Origin: a bacterium
GTDB lineage: Bacteria > SAR324 > NAC60-12
Direction: 5' to 3'
Length of the DNA stretch: 64,000 nt
Assembly: GCA_965205865.1 (NCBI GenBank)
Contig: CBDBHR010000030.1
Span: 224,001 to 288,000 of the forward strand
Shown: positions 51,454 through 62,746 of the stretch, piece after piece
How positions within the stretch are numbered: position 1 is the first letter of the stretch
Layout: every line of letters begins with the position of its first letter
The notes under the pieces: model-generated
The model's input: only the letters and a program-made list of their open reading frames with translations
Databases searched by the model: none
Told to the model about the DNA's origin: nothing
Program-made: the position numbers and the translations under genes

Positions 51454-52726
51454 TTAACCGACCTTGGGAATATCGCTCCACCCTGCCAGGTATCGCGGGG
51501 ATTTGTGAGACTGTTTCATTTTCCATGATTTGTCGTAAACCCCGCATGAGGCGACTCTCAGTGTCATGGGACCTTCTTTTTGATTGATGCGATCCATGGC
51601 CTTCATGAGGGCGACATCCTTTTCCGAATCACCTTTCTCGATGAATGATAGTTGAATGGATGATTTATCCCGGATGTCGGACAACTTCACTAGAGCTTTT
51701 TTATATTCGTACCCCTCCCTGTAGAGCCGTTCGAGCACGGAGAGAGCATATTTGATCACTTTCCTCGTATCTGCCGTCTGCGAGAGAGATCGTTTTGAAT
51801 CCACCGCATAATACTGGGGGGTATTTTTAAAGGGGTTGGTCCTGATCCAGACTTCGACCGAGGAGCATACCGAACTTTGTTTTCTTAATTTTTCACAGGC
51901 AACCGAGGCGTAATTGGAAACCGCCTCACGCAAGCTCTCGAGGTCATAGACGGCATCTCCGAAGGTACGGCTACTGAGAATTTCTTTTTTCTTTTGCACT
52001 TCGAGTTCGAGTTCGAAGCAAGGATTTCCTCGTAATTCTTCCTGTATTTTCCTGCCGACAATGGAAGTTTTTTTGCGGACCAGGCCTTCATTCTTGAAAT
52101 CCCTGAAATCCCTTGCCGTTCTGATCCGGAGTTTTCTGAATCTACGCCCAATTTGCCGTCCGACCCCCCAAACCTCCTCGACGTCCAGTTGTTGGAGGAT
52201 TTTATCTTGTTGCCGCGTATTCATAACTGAAACCACTCCTCCGCTGGAGTCGTGTTTTTTAGCATAAGCATTGGCTGCTTTCGCCAGCACCTTGGTGGGG
52301 CCGATACCGATGCTCACCGGAATTCCCGTATCGCGCTCCACGATTTTTTTGATTTCCATCCCGTATTCATGGAGCCCCCACTTTTCGTACCCGCCACAGG
52401 TTCAAAAATGCTTCATCCACCGAGTAAATTTCCAGTTCCGGCGTAAACCGGCTGAGGGTGATCATCACTCGATCGCTCATATTGATATATAAACTGAAAT
52501 TAGAGCTGAAGACGGCTACCTTGTTTTTTTCGCAAATATCCCGGTATTTAAAAAAAGGAGCGCCCATCGGAATGCCGAGTTTTTTCAGTTCCACCGTTCT
52601 GGAGACGAAGCAGCCGTCGTTGTTGGAAAGGACGCCGACAGGGAGACCGAGAAGATCAGGTCTGAACAATCGCTCGCAGGCGCAGTAGAATGCGTTGCAG
52701 TCCACCAGGGCAAATACTTTATTCAT
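51454..52726 (-). pseudogene. umuC: Y-family DNA polymerase V subunit UmuC, frameshifted
   Basis: ALVDCNAFY, VLSNNDGC, YSVDEAF and W.MKQ..KSPRY motifs; frameshift near 52395. Confidence 0.88.
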
Positions 52727-53077
52727 TCAGATTTCTCGCACGATCGCTACCACGACACCCCAAACTCTTGCTTCCAATTCGTTTGAGACATGTATATCTC
52801 GATAGTCTTGGTTGTCGGATCTCAGTATGATGCCTTTTCCAAAGCGAAATATTCGTTTGCAGAGCAGTTCTCCCTCGAATGCGACAACTGCCACCCGGCC
52901 GTCAACTCTGTCGATACTGCGGTCGACCACTAAAATGTCGTTTTCGAAAATGAGAGGCGCCATTGTGTTGCAGGTAGCCTTGAAGAAGAAAGTGGACGTC
53001 TTGTTTTTGACAAAACGCTCGTCGAGCGATTGATATTTTTCAATGAAATCATCATGAATACCAAACAATCCCATCAT
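52727..53077 (-). CDS. umuD: UmuD-like S24 peptidase
   Basis: TFFFKA...DILVVDRS...GELLCKR...VWGVV; the usual GDSM motif reads CNTM. Confidence 0.8.
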   Translation of the reverse strand: MMGLFGIHDDFIEKYQSLDERFVKNKTSTFFFKATCNTMAPLIFENDILVVDRSIDRVDGRVAVVAFEGELLCKRIFRFGKGIILRSDNQDYRDIHVSNELEARVWGVVVAIVREI

Positions 53078-53261
53078 CGCCTCTTGACGGTATCTATTTT
53101 AAGTGAAAACATATTATAATACCCATGAAATTTATTTTAAGTTTATCATGAAATCAATTGAAAAATGATAGACGGCCATCTTGATTTTCTCTTTTTAAAA
53201 AAAGGGGTGATCCGTTTTTGCGTACTCTGTGATTCCAGTAGATGAATAAACGGGGGAATTC

Positions 53262-53996
53262 ATGTGTTTTTCCGTAGAAGTGGACAAGGACATTAAAAAA
53301 CTGGCGGCGCGCTTCCATGCTTTGATCGACCGGCATGCTTTTGACGGGTTTTCGTCCATGCAAAAGCTGGAGGCGGAATTGGATCCGGGAAGGTTGAAAG
53401 GACTGCTGGGTCTGAAACGAAAGTCCCGTTCTCTTTTTTTCAAAGAAAGCGCTGAGGATTCTCGCATTTACCCGGGATATTTCGCACCCGTCATCGTCTG
53501 GGAAAATGGCGTGAGACAGATCCGCCCGATGCGATATCGAGTGAGGCCCCGTGGATCGGCAGAAGAAATTCCTTCCAAATTCAACGTTTTCAATGCACGG
53601 CTCGATTCACTGGAAAAGCGACGAACCTGGAGAGGCTTATTTATGAGGAAACACGCTTTGTTTCCATTTTACCGGTTTTATGAGTGGCTCACCAATGAAA
53701 GAGGAAAGAAGCGGCTTGTTGAATTCAGTCCGCGTGGTTGTGATCGAATGTGGGCTCCCGCCCTTTATGACACCTGGGTATCGAGGGACAACGAAATGAG
53801 CTTTCACTCATTTGCGCTGATCACCGATGTTCCTCCCCCGGAAATCGAGGAGCAGGGACACGACCGCTGCCCCATTTTTCTTCGGGAAACTCTGATAGAT
53901 GACTGGCTTCGACCCGAAGGAAAGTCTGCAGCGCACTATTATGAATTACTGACAAACAAAGAGATCGTCTATTACAGCCACAAACCACTTGATTAA
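53262..53996 (+). CDS. SOS response-associated peptidase (SRAP/YedK family)
   Basis: N-terminal MC, FNARLD, FYEW and HDRCPIFL motifs. Confidence 0.88.
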   Translation: MCFSVEVDKDIKKLAARFHALIDRHAFDGFSSMQKLEAELDPGRLKGLLGLKRKSRSLFFKESAEDSRIYPGYFAPVIVWENGVRQIRPMRYRVRPRGSAEEIPSKFNVFNARLDSLEKRRTWRGLFMRKHALFPFYRFYEWLTNERGKKRLVEFSPRGCDRMWAPALYDTWVSRDNEMSFHSFALITDVPPPEIEEQGHDRCPIFLRETLIDDWLRPEGKSAAHYYELLTNKEIVYYSHKPLD

Positions 53997-54050
53997 CCTG
54001 AGTTCGACATAAATCTTCAATAATATGAGTATCCTAGTGTATATGTCATC

Positions 54051-54120
54051 CTCCCGGATTGTTGCAGATTTCCAATCGAAGACTGATAAAAGCGACGAGA
54101 GTCGCTGTCATCGAAAAAAA
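54051..54120 (-). mobile_element. Internal fragment of the RAYT-derived mini-element
   Basis: CCCGGATTGTTGCAGATTTCCAATCGAAGACTGATAAAAGCGACGAGAGTCGCTGTCATCG matches the element interior. Confidence 0.85.
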
Positions 54121-54833
54121 GGGCGTGTCCCACTGAATCTATCTCGAATCAGGCCTAACTGATTGAAAGGACTTGACAAACTGATTTTCCTGCTTATCTC
54201 CTATTAGGGTGACTGCAAACCCACCCGAAAAAAGAGGCAGAGATGGCACTATTTGTCACCGTCCCGATTAGCACCGAAGTCATTGAATCCAATGCCGACT
54301 GTGCCCTCAGTGGGGCTTATGGAAACGGGGTTCTGGTGATCACAATCGATAGCCGTGGTCAAAATGTCCATCAGCGCTTGGGGCTGGGCAGCAAGACGCG
54401 GCTCCATTGGGGGGCCGAGCATTGGTTCGAGGTCCAAGAGTCGAGTGGATTGACCTGGCCGATACCTGCTGTTCAAGGCCGAAAAGCGAATGAGTCCCGA
54501 AGAAAAGCAGCGCTTGATCGAGATTGTCGAGGCCGATGAGCAGATCGGTCGCTTGCGCGCCTTCTTGGGTGGTGTCTGGAACATCTTCGAAGACAGTCAG
54601 CACGAAGAGCAAGCCCGCGCGGCGCTGGACACCTTGAAACAGATGCCGCGGGATCAACGCCATTCGAAGCCCTTTGAGAAAGTCCTCCGGTTCTTGGAAT
54701 CCCATTTCGAATGGATGACCGAGTACTTGCGAAAGGACGGGGTCCGGCGCAATTCTCTGTCCGAAAGCGGCATGCGAGTTCTGCGACGACTGGAAATCGA
54801 ACACGACGGGTTTCGCTCCGAGAAGGGTCGGGA
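54121..54833 (+). mobile_element. Transposase remnant of uncertain family
   Basis: GC-rich; VRRNSLSESGMRVLRRLEIEHDGFRS resembles a DDE C-terminal E motif; abrupt composition change at both ends. Confidence 0.55.
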
Positions 54834-54863
54834 CATTAGAGGTTTAGAACAGGCAGGTATGTT

Positions 54864-55202
54864 ATGAAGGACTTGATGAGTTATAAAGGGTATTATGGTT
54901 CTGCGCATTATAGTGATGCGGATCGTGTATTCTTTGGGAAGATTGAGTATATCAGGAGCTTAGTCAATTATGAGGGAACGGATGTAGACAGTTTGAAGCA
55001 ATCTTTTGAAGATGTTGTTGATGATTATTTGGAGCTTTGTCAAAAAGAAGGGATTGAACCTGAACAATCCTTCAGAGGAAGTTTTAATATACGTACCGGA
55101 AGTGAACTTCACCGACAAGCAGCTTTATATGCTAAAGAAAAAGGGACGAATCTCAATAAAGTTGTTACGGAGGCGCTTGAGCAGTATTTATCGAGTGTGT
55201 AA
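54864..55202 (+). CDS. hicB: HicB-family antitoxin (upstream hicA reduced to its last codons)
   Basis: MSYKGYYGS...FFGKI...VDDYL...FRGSFNIR..SELH motifs. Preceded by ...LEQAGML* overlapping at ATGA. Confidence 0.85.
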   Translation: MKDLMSYKGYYGSAHYSDADRVFFGKIEYIRSLVNYEGTDVDSLKQSFEDVVDDYLELCQKEGIEPEQSFRGSFNIRTGSELHRQAALYAKEKGTNLNKVVTEALEQYLSSV

Positions 55203-55360
55203 AGCACTTAACAACCCGCTCCAACAGAGCCTCCTCTAAGAAATCTGCCAAAAAATCAAAAAATCCTCTCGTCTATTGCTCTGATACATCTATTTCAAAG
55301 GGTAGGGTCTTCTGCAAATTTTTGATTTTCCTACTATGCAGACCTTGGAATTGCGGGAGT

Positions 55361-55391
55361 TTTAAAGCAGACCAGATTGGTCTGCTTTAAA
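55361..55391 (-). terminator. Terminator hairpin downstream of csp
   Basis: TTTAAAGCAGACCA-GAT-TGGTCTGCTTTAAA perfect inverted repeat. Confidence 0.8.
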
Positions 55392-55406
55392 ATTTTGCAG
55401 ATTTTT

Positions 55407-55601
55407 TCATTTCGCCAATTGAACATTGACGGCACATGGGCCCTTTCGTCCTTCTCCAACTTCGAAGGTCACTTTTTCACCTTCTGCCAAATAACCACCG
55501 CGTACCTCGGAATGATGCACGAATAGATCTTGGTCATTTTCCTGTTGAATGAAGCCATAGCCTTTCTGCGTGTTAAACCATTTGACGATTCCTTCTTTCA
55601 T
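55407..55601 (-). CDS. Cold-shock protein
   Basis: GIVKWFN..KGYGFI and DLFVHHS motifs. Confidence 0.95.
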   Translation of the reverse strand: MKEGIVKWFNTQKGYGFIQQENDQDLFVHHSEVRGGYLAEGEKVTFEVGEGRKGPCAVNVQLAK

Positions 55602-55774
55602 TGCTTATCCTTATATTATATTTTAGGTTGTGTTTAATGTTATTCAATAACTGAATTCGGATTTTTCATCTATTTTCACTTCAATTGAATGAAGTGAAAA
55701 GTGTAGGAGGAGAAACACTTTTTTAACTTGGCATGAAAGAATGAAAAATCGGATGGAACTCCTTTTTAACGCTG

Positions 55775-55851
<77 letters not shown>

Positions 55852-55861
55852 GTACTCGAAA

Positions 55862-55937
55862 TGGTGGGCGCTACAAGGATCGAACTTGTGACCTACGGCT
55901 TGTAAGGCCGCCGCTCTCCCAGCTGAGCTAAGCGCCC
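55862..55937 (-). tRNA. tRNA-Val (TAC)
   Basis: GGGCGCT acceptor stem, CTTACAA anticodon loop, TTCGA T-loop, CCA end. Confidence 0.97.
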
Positions 55938-56043
55938 TACCCAAGAAGAGAAATAGACAAACCCTTCTTATACAGCATAATAGAAAGGAATGCAAGTTTT
56001 TTCTTATTTGCTGTTCATTCATAAAAAAAGAGAGATTTTTGTA

Positions 56044-56197
56044 TTTTAGATTGAATTAGTACTAATTAAGTGCTATTTGTATAAAATGATCATTGAGAAT
56101 AAAGATCGCATTAAAGATTTTTTAGATTGAATTAGTACTAATTAAGTGCTATTTGTATAAAATGATCATTGAGAATAAAGATCGCATTAAAGATTTT
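56044..56197. repeat. 76-bp tandem duplication in the isc promoter region
   Basis: TTTTAGATTGAATTAGTACT...CATTAAAGATTTT occurs twice. Confidence 0.93.
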
Positions 56198-56236
56198 GCT
56201 CTTATACGGGGAATTAACTTTCAGCAAAAAGGTCCT

Positions 56237-56692
56237 TTGTTAAAACTATCCAAAAAGACCGATTATGCAATAATTTTGTTGAGTCATTTGGCTGTCAGCA
56301 ATCATCCGGTGAGCGCTCAGGAATTGGCAAGTAAATATCACTTGCCACAACCGATGGTGGCTAACATTCTTAAACAGCTTGCTTCGTCGAAAATCATAGA
56401 GTCCAAGCGAGGGCAGCAGGGGGGGTATTTGTTGATACGGGAACCGGAAAGTCTTTCCATTGCAGAGATTGTTCAAGTCACTGACAATCCTTTCAATTTG
56501 GTGGAATGCGCCCATGACAGTGATGAGTGTGGCTGTAAAATCATCTCATGGTGCCCTACCCAGGATCCTTTGATTGCCTTACATAAACAGATTGAGGCAT
56601 TTATGGAATCCCTGACACTCGATCAGGTGATCCACCATCCACAATTCGATTACGATAGGAGAACCGTCAATGAAACTGCCTATTTATCTTGA
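56237..56692 (+). CDS. Rrf2-family (IscR-like) regulator
   Basis: [18 protein letters not shown] and three-Cys region; leads iscS. Confidence 0.88.
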   Translation: MLKLSKKTDYAIILLSHLAVSNHPVSAQELASKYHLPQPMVANILKQLASSKIIESKRGQQGGYLLIREPESLSIAEIVQVTDNPFNLVECAHDSDECGCKIISWCPTQDPLIALHKQIEAFMESLTLDQVIHHPQFDYDRRTVNETAYLS

Positions 56693-57884
56693 TTATCATG
56701 CTACCACGCCGATGGACGAGCGTGTTTTGCAAGCCATGCTGCCATATTTCACCAAAACCTTTGGGAATGCGGCAAGTCGCAACCATATTTTTGGTTGGCA
56801 AGCAGAAGAAGTGGTGGGGATGGCCCGAGATCAAATCGCATCGATAATTGGAGCAAATGGTAAAGAAATCGTATTCACCAGTGGCGCGACTGAATCGGAC
56901 AACTTGGCTTTGCAGGGGGTTGCTGAATTTTATAGAGGAAAAGGCAATCATCTCATCACAGTTCCCACCGAGCACAAAGCAATTCTGGACACTTGCCATT
57001 ATTTAGAACAAAAAGGTTATGAAGTGACTTACCTGGATGTCGATAAATATGGTGAGATTGATTTGCAACAATTGGAGGACTTGATCACGGATAGAACAAT
57101 TTTAGTGAGTATCATGGCGGCCAACAACGAAATCGGTACAGTGCAGCCTCTCAAGGAAATCGGCGCGATAACTCGTTCGAAAGGGATTTTGTTCCATTGT
57201 GACGCTACTCAAGGTATCGGAAAAATTCCAATCGACGTCGATGAGATGAATATCGATTTGCTTTCCATGACTGCGCATAAAATTTATGGCCCGAAAGGAA
57301 TTGGTGCCTTGTATGCCCGCAGAAAGAAACCCAGGGTGCGTCTCTCTCCAATAATTCATGGGGGTGGGCACGAACGTGGAATGCGCTCCGGGACCCTCAA
57401 TGTCTCAGGCATTGTCGGTTTTGCGAAAGCCATTGAAATTTGCCGAACAGAGATGGATTCGGAAGGTGAGCGCTTGATCAGTTTGCGAGAACGGCTTTAT
57501 AAAAGTTTGACGGATAAACTCGATTACGTGTTCTTAAATGGCCATCCTACACGACGACTTCCCGGGAATTTGAATCTCAGTTTTGCATATGTGGAAGGTG
57601 AGTCCTTGATTATGGGAATCAACGACATTGCCGTCTCTTCCGGATCTGCCTGCACCTCTGCCAGTCTGGAACCTTCCTATGTCCTCAGGGCATTGGGAGT
57701 TGGAGACGAATTAGCGCACAGTTCGATTCGCTTCGGATTGGGACGCTTTACTTCCGTCGAAGAAATCGATTATACTGCAGAACAAGTGATTGCGACGGTA
57801 AGTCGATTGCGGGAAATGTCACCTTTGTATGAAATGGTCTGCGAGGGAACCGATCTCTCTACGGTAAATTGGACTTCTCATTGA
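56670..57884 (+). CDS. iscS: Cysteine desulfurase
   Basis: [21 protein letters not shown] and SSGSACTS motifs. Confidence 0.97.
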   Translation: MKLPIYLDYHATTPMDERVLQAMLPYFTKTFGNAASRNHIFGWQAEEVVGMARDQIASIIGANGKEIVFTSGATESDNLALQGVAEFYRGKGNHLITVPTEHKAILDTCHYLEQKGYEVTYLDVDKYGEIDLQQLEDLITDRTILVSIMAANNEIGTVQPLKEIGAITRSKGILFHCDATQGIGKIPIDVDEMNIDLLSMTAHKIYGPKGIGALYARRKKPRVRLSPIIHGGGHERGMRSGTLNVSGIVGFAKAIEICRTEMDSEGERLISLRERLYKSLTDKLDYVFLNGHPTRRLPGNLNLSFAYVEGESLIMGINDIAVSSGSACTSASLEPSYVLRALGVGDELAHSSIRFGLGRFTSVEEIDYTAEQVIATVSRLREMSPLYEMVCEGTDLSTVNWTSH

Positions 57885-57983
57885 TACTGGGAATTTATGT
57901 AAAAAACGATGCAGGATTCCAGGCGGAGAAAACAGCCCTCATTCCTGTATCAAAAATTCGGTTAAATTTAAGAAAGGGACAAA

Positions 57984-58379
57984 ATGGCATACAGTGATAA
58001 AGTAGTTGACCACTACAAAGCCCCTCGCAATGTGGGGAGCTTTTCAAAAGAGGAAGAAAATATCGGAACGGGATTAGTGGGAGCCCCCGAATGTGGAGAC
58101 GTGATGAAGCTCCAGATCAAAGTCGAAGAGGATCGTATCGTGGATGCGAAATTTAAAACCTTTGGCTGTGGGTCTGCCATTGCAAGTTCCAGTTTGGCGA
58201 CGGAATGGATCAAGGGAAGAACCATTGATGAGGCATTGACCATTAAAAATACCGACATTGTGGAAGAATTGTCATTGCCTCCAGTGAAAATCCACTGCTC
58301 GGTTTTAGCAGAAGATGCGATTCGTTCCGCGATCAAGAACTACCAGAAGCGTGAAGACCATGAAGCGGCTGCAGTTTAA
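57984..58379 (+). CDS. iscU: Fe-S scaffold protein
   Basis: GAPECGD, FKTFGCGSA and LPPVKIHCS motifs. Confidence 0.97.
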   Translation: MAYSDKVVDHYKAPRNVGSFSKEEENIGTGLVGAPECGDVMKLQIKVEEDRIVDAKFKTFGCGSAIASSSLATEWIKGRTIDEALTIKNTDIVEELSLPPVKIHCSVLAEDAIRSAIKNYQKREDHEAAAV

Positions 58380-58667
58380 TGATAACAATTATTAGCTGCA
58401 GAAAATTGAATTGTTAGAAAAGCCGTTTCTCCTTCTCCTCTGTGGGTGTAACGCAAACTCTATGGACAAGTACATAGTCTATACTGCGCACAGCTACAAA
58501 TTGCGTTTTTGCATAGGGTGGTTCAAGCGCAGTAAAGCTCTGGGGTTGTTGGCGCATCCGCTGCGCTTGACGCATCCTGCAATTGTAGCCTTGTTGAGTA
58601 TATAACTTTATATCTGAAAAAATCAGGAGCATCTTCAGATCATCATAGTAGTCATCTCAATCTACGA

Positions 58668-59306
58668 ATGTATTCCCGAGAATCATCCGTACAGGCTGTT
58701 TGCATGGGGTGTCAAACCACAATGGCGACACCCCTTTTTTGTTTTGCCTGTAACTCCATCCAACGCCTCAACAGCAGACCCAATTATTTTGAAATATTCA
58801 ACCTGCCTTACAGTTACGATTTGAATGTGGAGCAGTTGGAAAAACGCTATCAAAAGCTGAGCATGGAGTTGCACCCTGATTTTTATATCAGCGCCTCTTC
58901 CTTCGAGAAAAAACAAAGCCAGGAATCATCAACTTTGCTGAACCAAGCCTTTACTACGCTACAGTCCCCCATTACCCGTGCCGAATATTTATTAAAGTTG
59001 CTAGCCAATGACCAACATTCAGACCAGCGGAAACTGCCGGAGGGATTTTTGGAAAAAATTTTTGAGTTGCAGGAATCATTGGAAGAATTGCTGGCAAAGG
59101 ATCCTCATTCCTCACAAGTAGAAAAATTTCGAATCAAGATCGAGCAAAATCTGGATCAACTGCAGCAGCAGATATCAGCATACTTCGCTCAATTGGAAAC
59201 TGCTTCTGCTAAGCGGGAAGAAATATTGCCTGGGGTTCAACAGCAGCTCAATGTAGGACGATATTTCCAACGCTTGCTTGATCGTATCGCCAGGAGACCG
59301 TCATGA
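58668..59306 (+). CDS. hscB: Fe-S co-chaperone with N-terminal Cys motif
   Basis: C..C...C..C, J-domain HPD, RAEYLL. Confidence 0.9.
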   Translation: MYSRESSVQAVCMGCQTTMATPLFCFACNSIQRLNSRPNYFEIFNLPYSYDLNVEQLEKRYQKLSMELHPDFYISASSFEKKQSQESSTLLNQAFTTLQSPITRAEYLLKLLANDQHSDQRKLPEGFLEKIFELQESLEELLAKDPHSSQVEKFRIKIEQNLDQLQQQISAYFAQLETASAKREEILPGVQQQLNVGRYFQRLLDRIARRPS

Positions 59307-61120
59307 CAGAGCCCATTATTGGAATTGATTTGGGAACTACCAACAGCTTGGCAGCCATGGTTTTTGAAGAAGGACCCGAAGTGATAGGTCGGGTTGGAGA
59401 AGATCCGATTGTACCTTCGGTCCTTGCCAAAATCGATGAAGGATGGCTTGTGGGAAAAGAGGCGCTTCCTCATCGCATTTCAACTCCGAGTCGCACCGTC
59501 TATTCAGTAAAACGGCTGATGGGACGGGATCTTTCCGAGTTGGCGGAGGAACAGAAAAACCTGCCCTATGCGATTGTAGGAGCCCAGCGTAAATTGGTCA
59601 AAATTCGGCTTGGAGAACAAGAATATACGCCTCAGGAACTGTCAGCTGAAATTTTAAGAAAAGTGAAAGAAGACGCGGAGCAATGCCTGGGATTTGTGGT
59701 TAAAAAAGTTGTGATTACAGTGCCTGCCTATTTTGATGATGCTCAAAGGCAGGCTACTCGGGACGCCGGAAGGTTTGCAGGTTTGGAGGTTGTAAGAATT
59801 ATCAATGAGCCCACTGCGGCAGCTATTGCCTACGGTCTGGATGAAAAGAAAGAAGGACACATTGCCGTCTATGATTTGGGGGGCGGGACTTTTGACATTT
59901 CGATACTGAAACTTTCGGGTAAAGTGTTCAAAGTGCTGGCCACATGTGGCAACACACACCTGGGTGGCGACGATTTTGATTACGCCTTGAGTGGCAAATT
60001 GAGAGCGATCATACGAGAGGAAAATCCTCAGGCAGATCTGAACGATGCCATCGCCCAGCAAATCTTCAAGCAAACTGCAGAAACACTGAAAATACAATTG
60101 AGCTCCGCATTGGAATCCAATTACCAAATCCATATTCCTGAAAAATTGATTGCCTTTCAAGGGGTTTTTACAAGAGCGGCATTTGAATCTTTGATTGCAG
60201 GAACATTCGCAGAGACTTTGAAGAGCTGTCAGCAAGCGTTGGATGATAGTGGACTGGGAGTTGCGGCCATTGATGAAGTCGTGCTCGTGGGAGGGTCCAC
60301 TCGTATTCCTGCCGTGCGGAAGGGTGTGGAGATTTTTTTCAATCGTCCACCTCATGTTGCTATTGATCCTTACAAAGTAGTTGCCATGGGGGCTGCAATA
60401 CAGGGGCATTTACTGGCAGGCGGCAGAAGGGATTTTGTACTTTTGGATGTTATTCCTCTCTCATTGGGAATCGAAACTTTGGGGGGAACCTTTAGTAAAA
60501 TCATTACGCAAAATACGACCATCCCCACCGAATCAACCGAGATCTTTACCACCCATGTGGACTACCAAACATCCATTGAAATAAATTTGTATCAAGGAGA
60601 ACGGGAATTGGTCAAGGATTGCCGCAGTCTGGGGCAATTCAAGTTGCGCGGTATTCCGGCAATGCAGGCGGGGCTGCCCCTGGTGGCGGTGACCCTGCAT
60701 GTGGATGCTAACGGCATTTTAACGGTTTCAGCGCTTGAGAAACGCAGTGGGCAGCATGCTGCTATTGAAGTGATCCCTTTTCACGGACTAACGCAGTATG
60801 AAATTGATCAAATCATGGAAGATTCTATCGCCAACGTTATTGACGATTTCAATGAGAGACAACTGATCGAATTTCGAAATACAATGGAATCGGTTTTTTC
60901 CGGGATTGAAAAGGTATGGGAGAATGTTGAGAAAATATTAACCCCGCCCCAGCAAGCGGCGATTCGTCAACAAATGAAGGTGGTGAAGGATTACTCAAGG
61001 AGTCAGGATGCCCAAGCCCTCAAGGAACAAATGGATATTCTTGGAGATTTGACCCGCCCACTGGCAGATGCTATCATCAGCAATGCCGTTTTGGAGGAAC
61101 TACAAAAATCTTCTCAATGA
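59303..61120 (+). CDS. hscA: Fe-S Hsp70 chaperone
   Basis: [25 protein letters not shown]; isc context. Confidence 0.9.
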   Translation: MTEPIIGIDLGTTNSLAAMVFEEGPEVIGRVGEDPIVPSVLAKIDEGWLVGKEALPHRISTPSRTVYSVKRLMGRDLSELAEEQKNLPYAIVGAQRKLVKIRLGEQEYTPQELSAEILRKVKEDAEQCLGFVVKKVVITVPAYFDDAQRQATRDAGRFAGLEVVRIINEPTAAAIAYGLDEKKEGHIAVYDLGGGTFDISILKLSGKVFKVLATCGNTHLGGDDFDYALSGKLRAIIREENPQADLNDAIAQQIFKQTAETLKIQLSSALESNYQIHIPEKLIAFQGVFTRAAFESLIAGTFAETLKSCQQALDDSGLGVAAIDEVVLVGGSTRIPAVRKGVEIFFNRPPHVAIDPYKVVAMGAAIQGHLLAGGRRDFVLLDVIPLSLGIETLGGTFSKIITQNTTIPTESTEIFTTHVDYQTSIEINLYQGERELVKDCRSLGQFKLRGIPAMQAGLPLVAVTLHVDANGILTVSALEKRSGQHAAIEVIPFHGLTQYEIDQIMEDSIANVIDDFNERQLIEFRNTMESVFSGIEKVWENVEKILTPPQQAAIRQQMKVVKDYSRSQDAQALKEQMDILGDLTRPLADAIISNAVLEELQKSSQ

Positions 61121-61170
61121 TATTTAAAATCAATCCGATGACTCCAATCTTTTTGAATTGAATTGACACC

Positions 61171-62394
61171 ATGAACATCCTACAAACTTTTAAGGAACGT
61201 GGTTTTTTCCAACAATGCAACCATGAAAATTCCCTGGAAAAACGTTTAAAAGAAGGGCCGATTTGTTGCTATGTCGGTTTCGATCCCACGGCAGACTCCT
61301 TCCATGTGGGGCATCTGATTCCAATAATGGGACTGGCTCATCTGCAAAATGCCGGACACCGGGTCATCGCCCTCATCGGAGGAGGAACTGCACTGATTGG
61401 CGATCCCACTGGCAAAACGGAGATGCGGAAAATTCTCTCCCAAGACGAGATTGAATCCAATATAACCGGAATTCGCTCCCAGCTTTCCAGATTTTTGAAT
61501 TTTGAAGAAGGAGCCTCAGTGGTGAACAATGCCGATTGGTTGCGCACGCTCAATTATATTGATTTTCTTCGTGACATAGGCCGGTTTTTTTCAATCAGTC
61601 GTATGCTTTCCTTTGAGACTTATAAAATGCGCCTGGAGAAAGGATTGACTTTTCTGGAATTCAATTACCAGCCATTGCAAGCTTTTGATTTTCTGGAACT
61701 CTTTCGGCGGTATGGTTGCTTATTACAGTTGGGGGGAGACGATCAATGGGCCAACATCCTCTCCGGATGCGATTTGATCCGACGTGTGGCGAAGACTGAA
61801 ACCTATGCCCTCACCTACCCGCTTTTGACGCTCTCTTCTGGCAATAAGATGGGGAAAACTGAAAAAGGCGCAGTTTGGCTCAGTGCAGAAAAAACGTCTC
61901 CGTATGACTATTACCAATACTGGATCAACATTGAAGACGCGGATGTGCGGAAATGCCTGGCAATTTTTACTTTTTTGCCAATGGAAGAAATTGAATCCCT
62001 GAGTCGTTTAAAGGGGGCTGATGTTCGGCAGGCAAAAATGAGACTGGCTTATGAAGTAACTGCTTTGTTGCATGGAAAAATACAGGCACTGAAGGCTCAA
62101 AAAGCGGCAGAAGCCCTTTTTGGAGGTCGATCTAAAAACCTGGAGGGTGTCCCCTCCAGCATCTTCTCTGTCGAAGACCTGAAAGTGGGGATGGATTTGT
62201 TCAAGGCTTTTCATGAGGCAGGACTCTGCAAATCAAAAAGTGAAGCACGACGATTGCTGCGCCAGGGAGGGATTTACGTCAATGAAACGCGCATTGATGA
62301 TGAAGGATTTCAGCTAAATATTGGGCATTTGGCTGCAGGAAGCGTATTACTGAGGGCTGGGAAAAAACGCTATCATCGTCTTGTCTTTCAATGA
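61171..62394 (+). CDS. tyrS: Tyrosine-tRNA ligase
   Basis: GFDPTADSFHVGH, KMGKT, S4-like tail. Confidence 0.96.
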   Translation: MNILQTFKERGFFQQCNHENSLEKRLKEGPICCYVGFDPTADSFHVGHLIPIMGLAHLQNAGHRVIALIGGGTALIGDPTGKTEMRKILSQDEIESNITGIRSQLSRFLNFEEGASVVNNADWLRTLNYIDFLRDIGRFFSISRMLSFETYKMRLEKGLTFLEFNYQPLQAFDFLELFRRYGCLLQLGGDDQWANILSGCDLIRRVAKTETYALTYPLLTLSSGNKMGKTEKGAVWLSAEKTSPYDYYQYWINIEDADVRKCLAIFTFLPMEEIESLSRLKGADVRQAKMRLAYEVTALLHGKIQALKAQKAAEALFGGRSKNLEGVPSSIFSVEDLKVGMDLFKAFHEAGLCKSKSEARRLLRQGGIYVNETRIDDEGFQLNIGHLAAGSVLLRAGKKRYHRLVFQ

Positions 62395-62422
62395 TGCTTA
62401 TTTTATAAAACTCGTCTTGAAC

Positions 62423-62746
62423 TCAGTTGTCCCAAAAATGGATCAACGGGTCGATTTTTTCCAGATCATCTTCTTCACAGGGACTGGGCAGGCCGATTTC
62501 ATCGAATCCTTTGAAAACAAGCATTGGTCCCCAAAAAGTTTCATTGTTCAATTCCCATACAGTTTGCCGCCCCTGCCAGGCTCCTTCTCCATCTACATAA
62601 CCCATCAAGCTATATGGGAGATCAATCGCATCGGTAGCATCACACCTCAATAAATCGCACAGAGCATCGACATCCAGGTCTTCCACATCAATCATATCAA
62701 TTGATTGTTCATCCGGATCAATAAAAATATAAGGCCCTTGTTTCAT
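62423..62746 (-). CDS. Small acidic hypothetical protein
   Basis: 107 aa D/E-rich ORF; GYVDGEG motif. Confidence 0.6.
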   Translation of the reverse strand: MKQGPYIFIDPDEQSIDMIDVEDLDVDALCDLLRCDATDAIDLPYSLMGYVDGEGAWQGRQTVWELNNETFWGPMLVFKGFDEIGLPSPCEEDDLEKIDPLIHFWDN

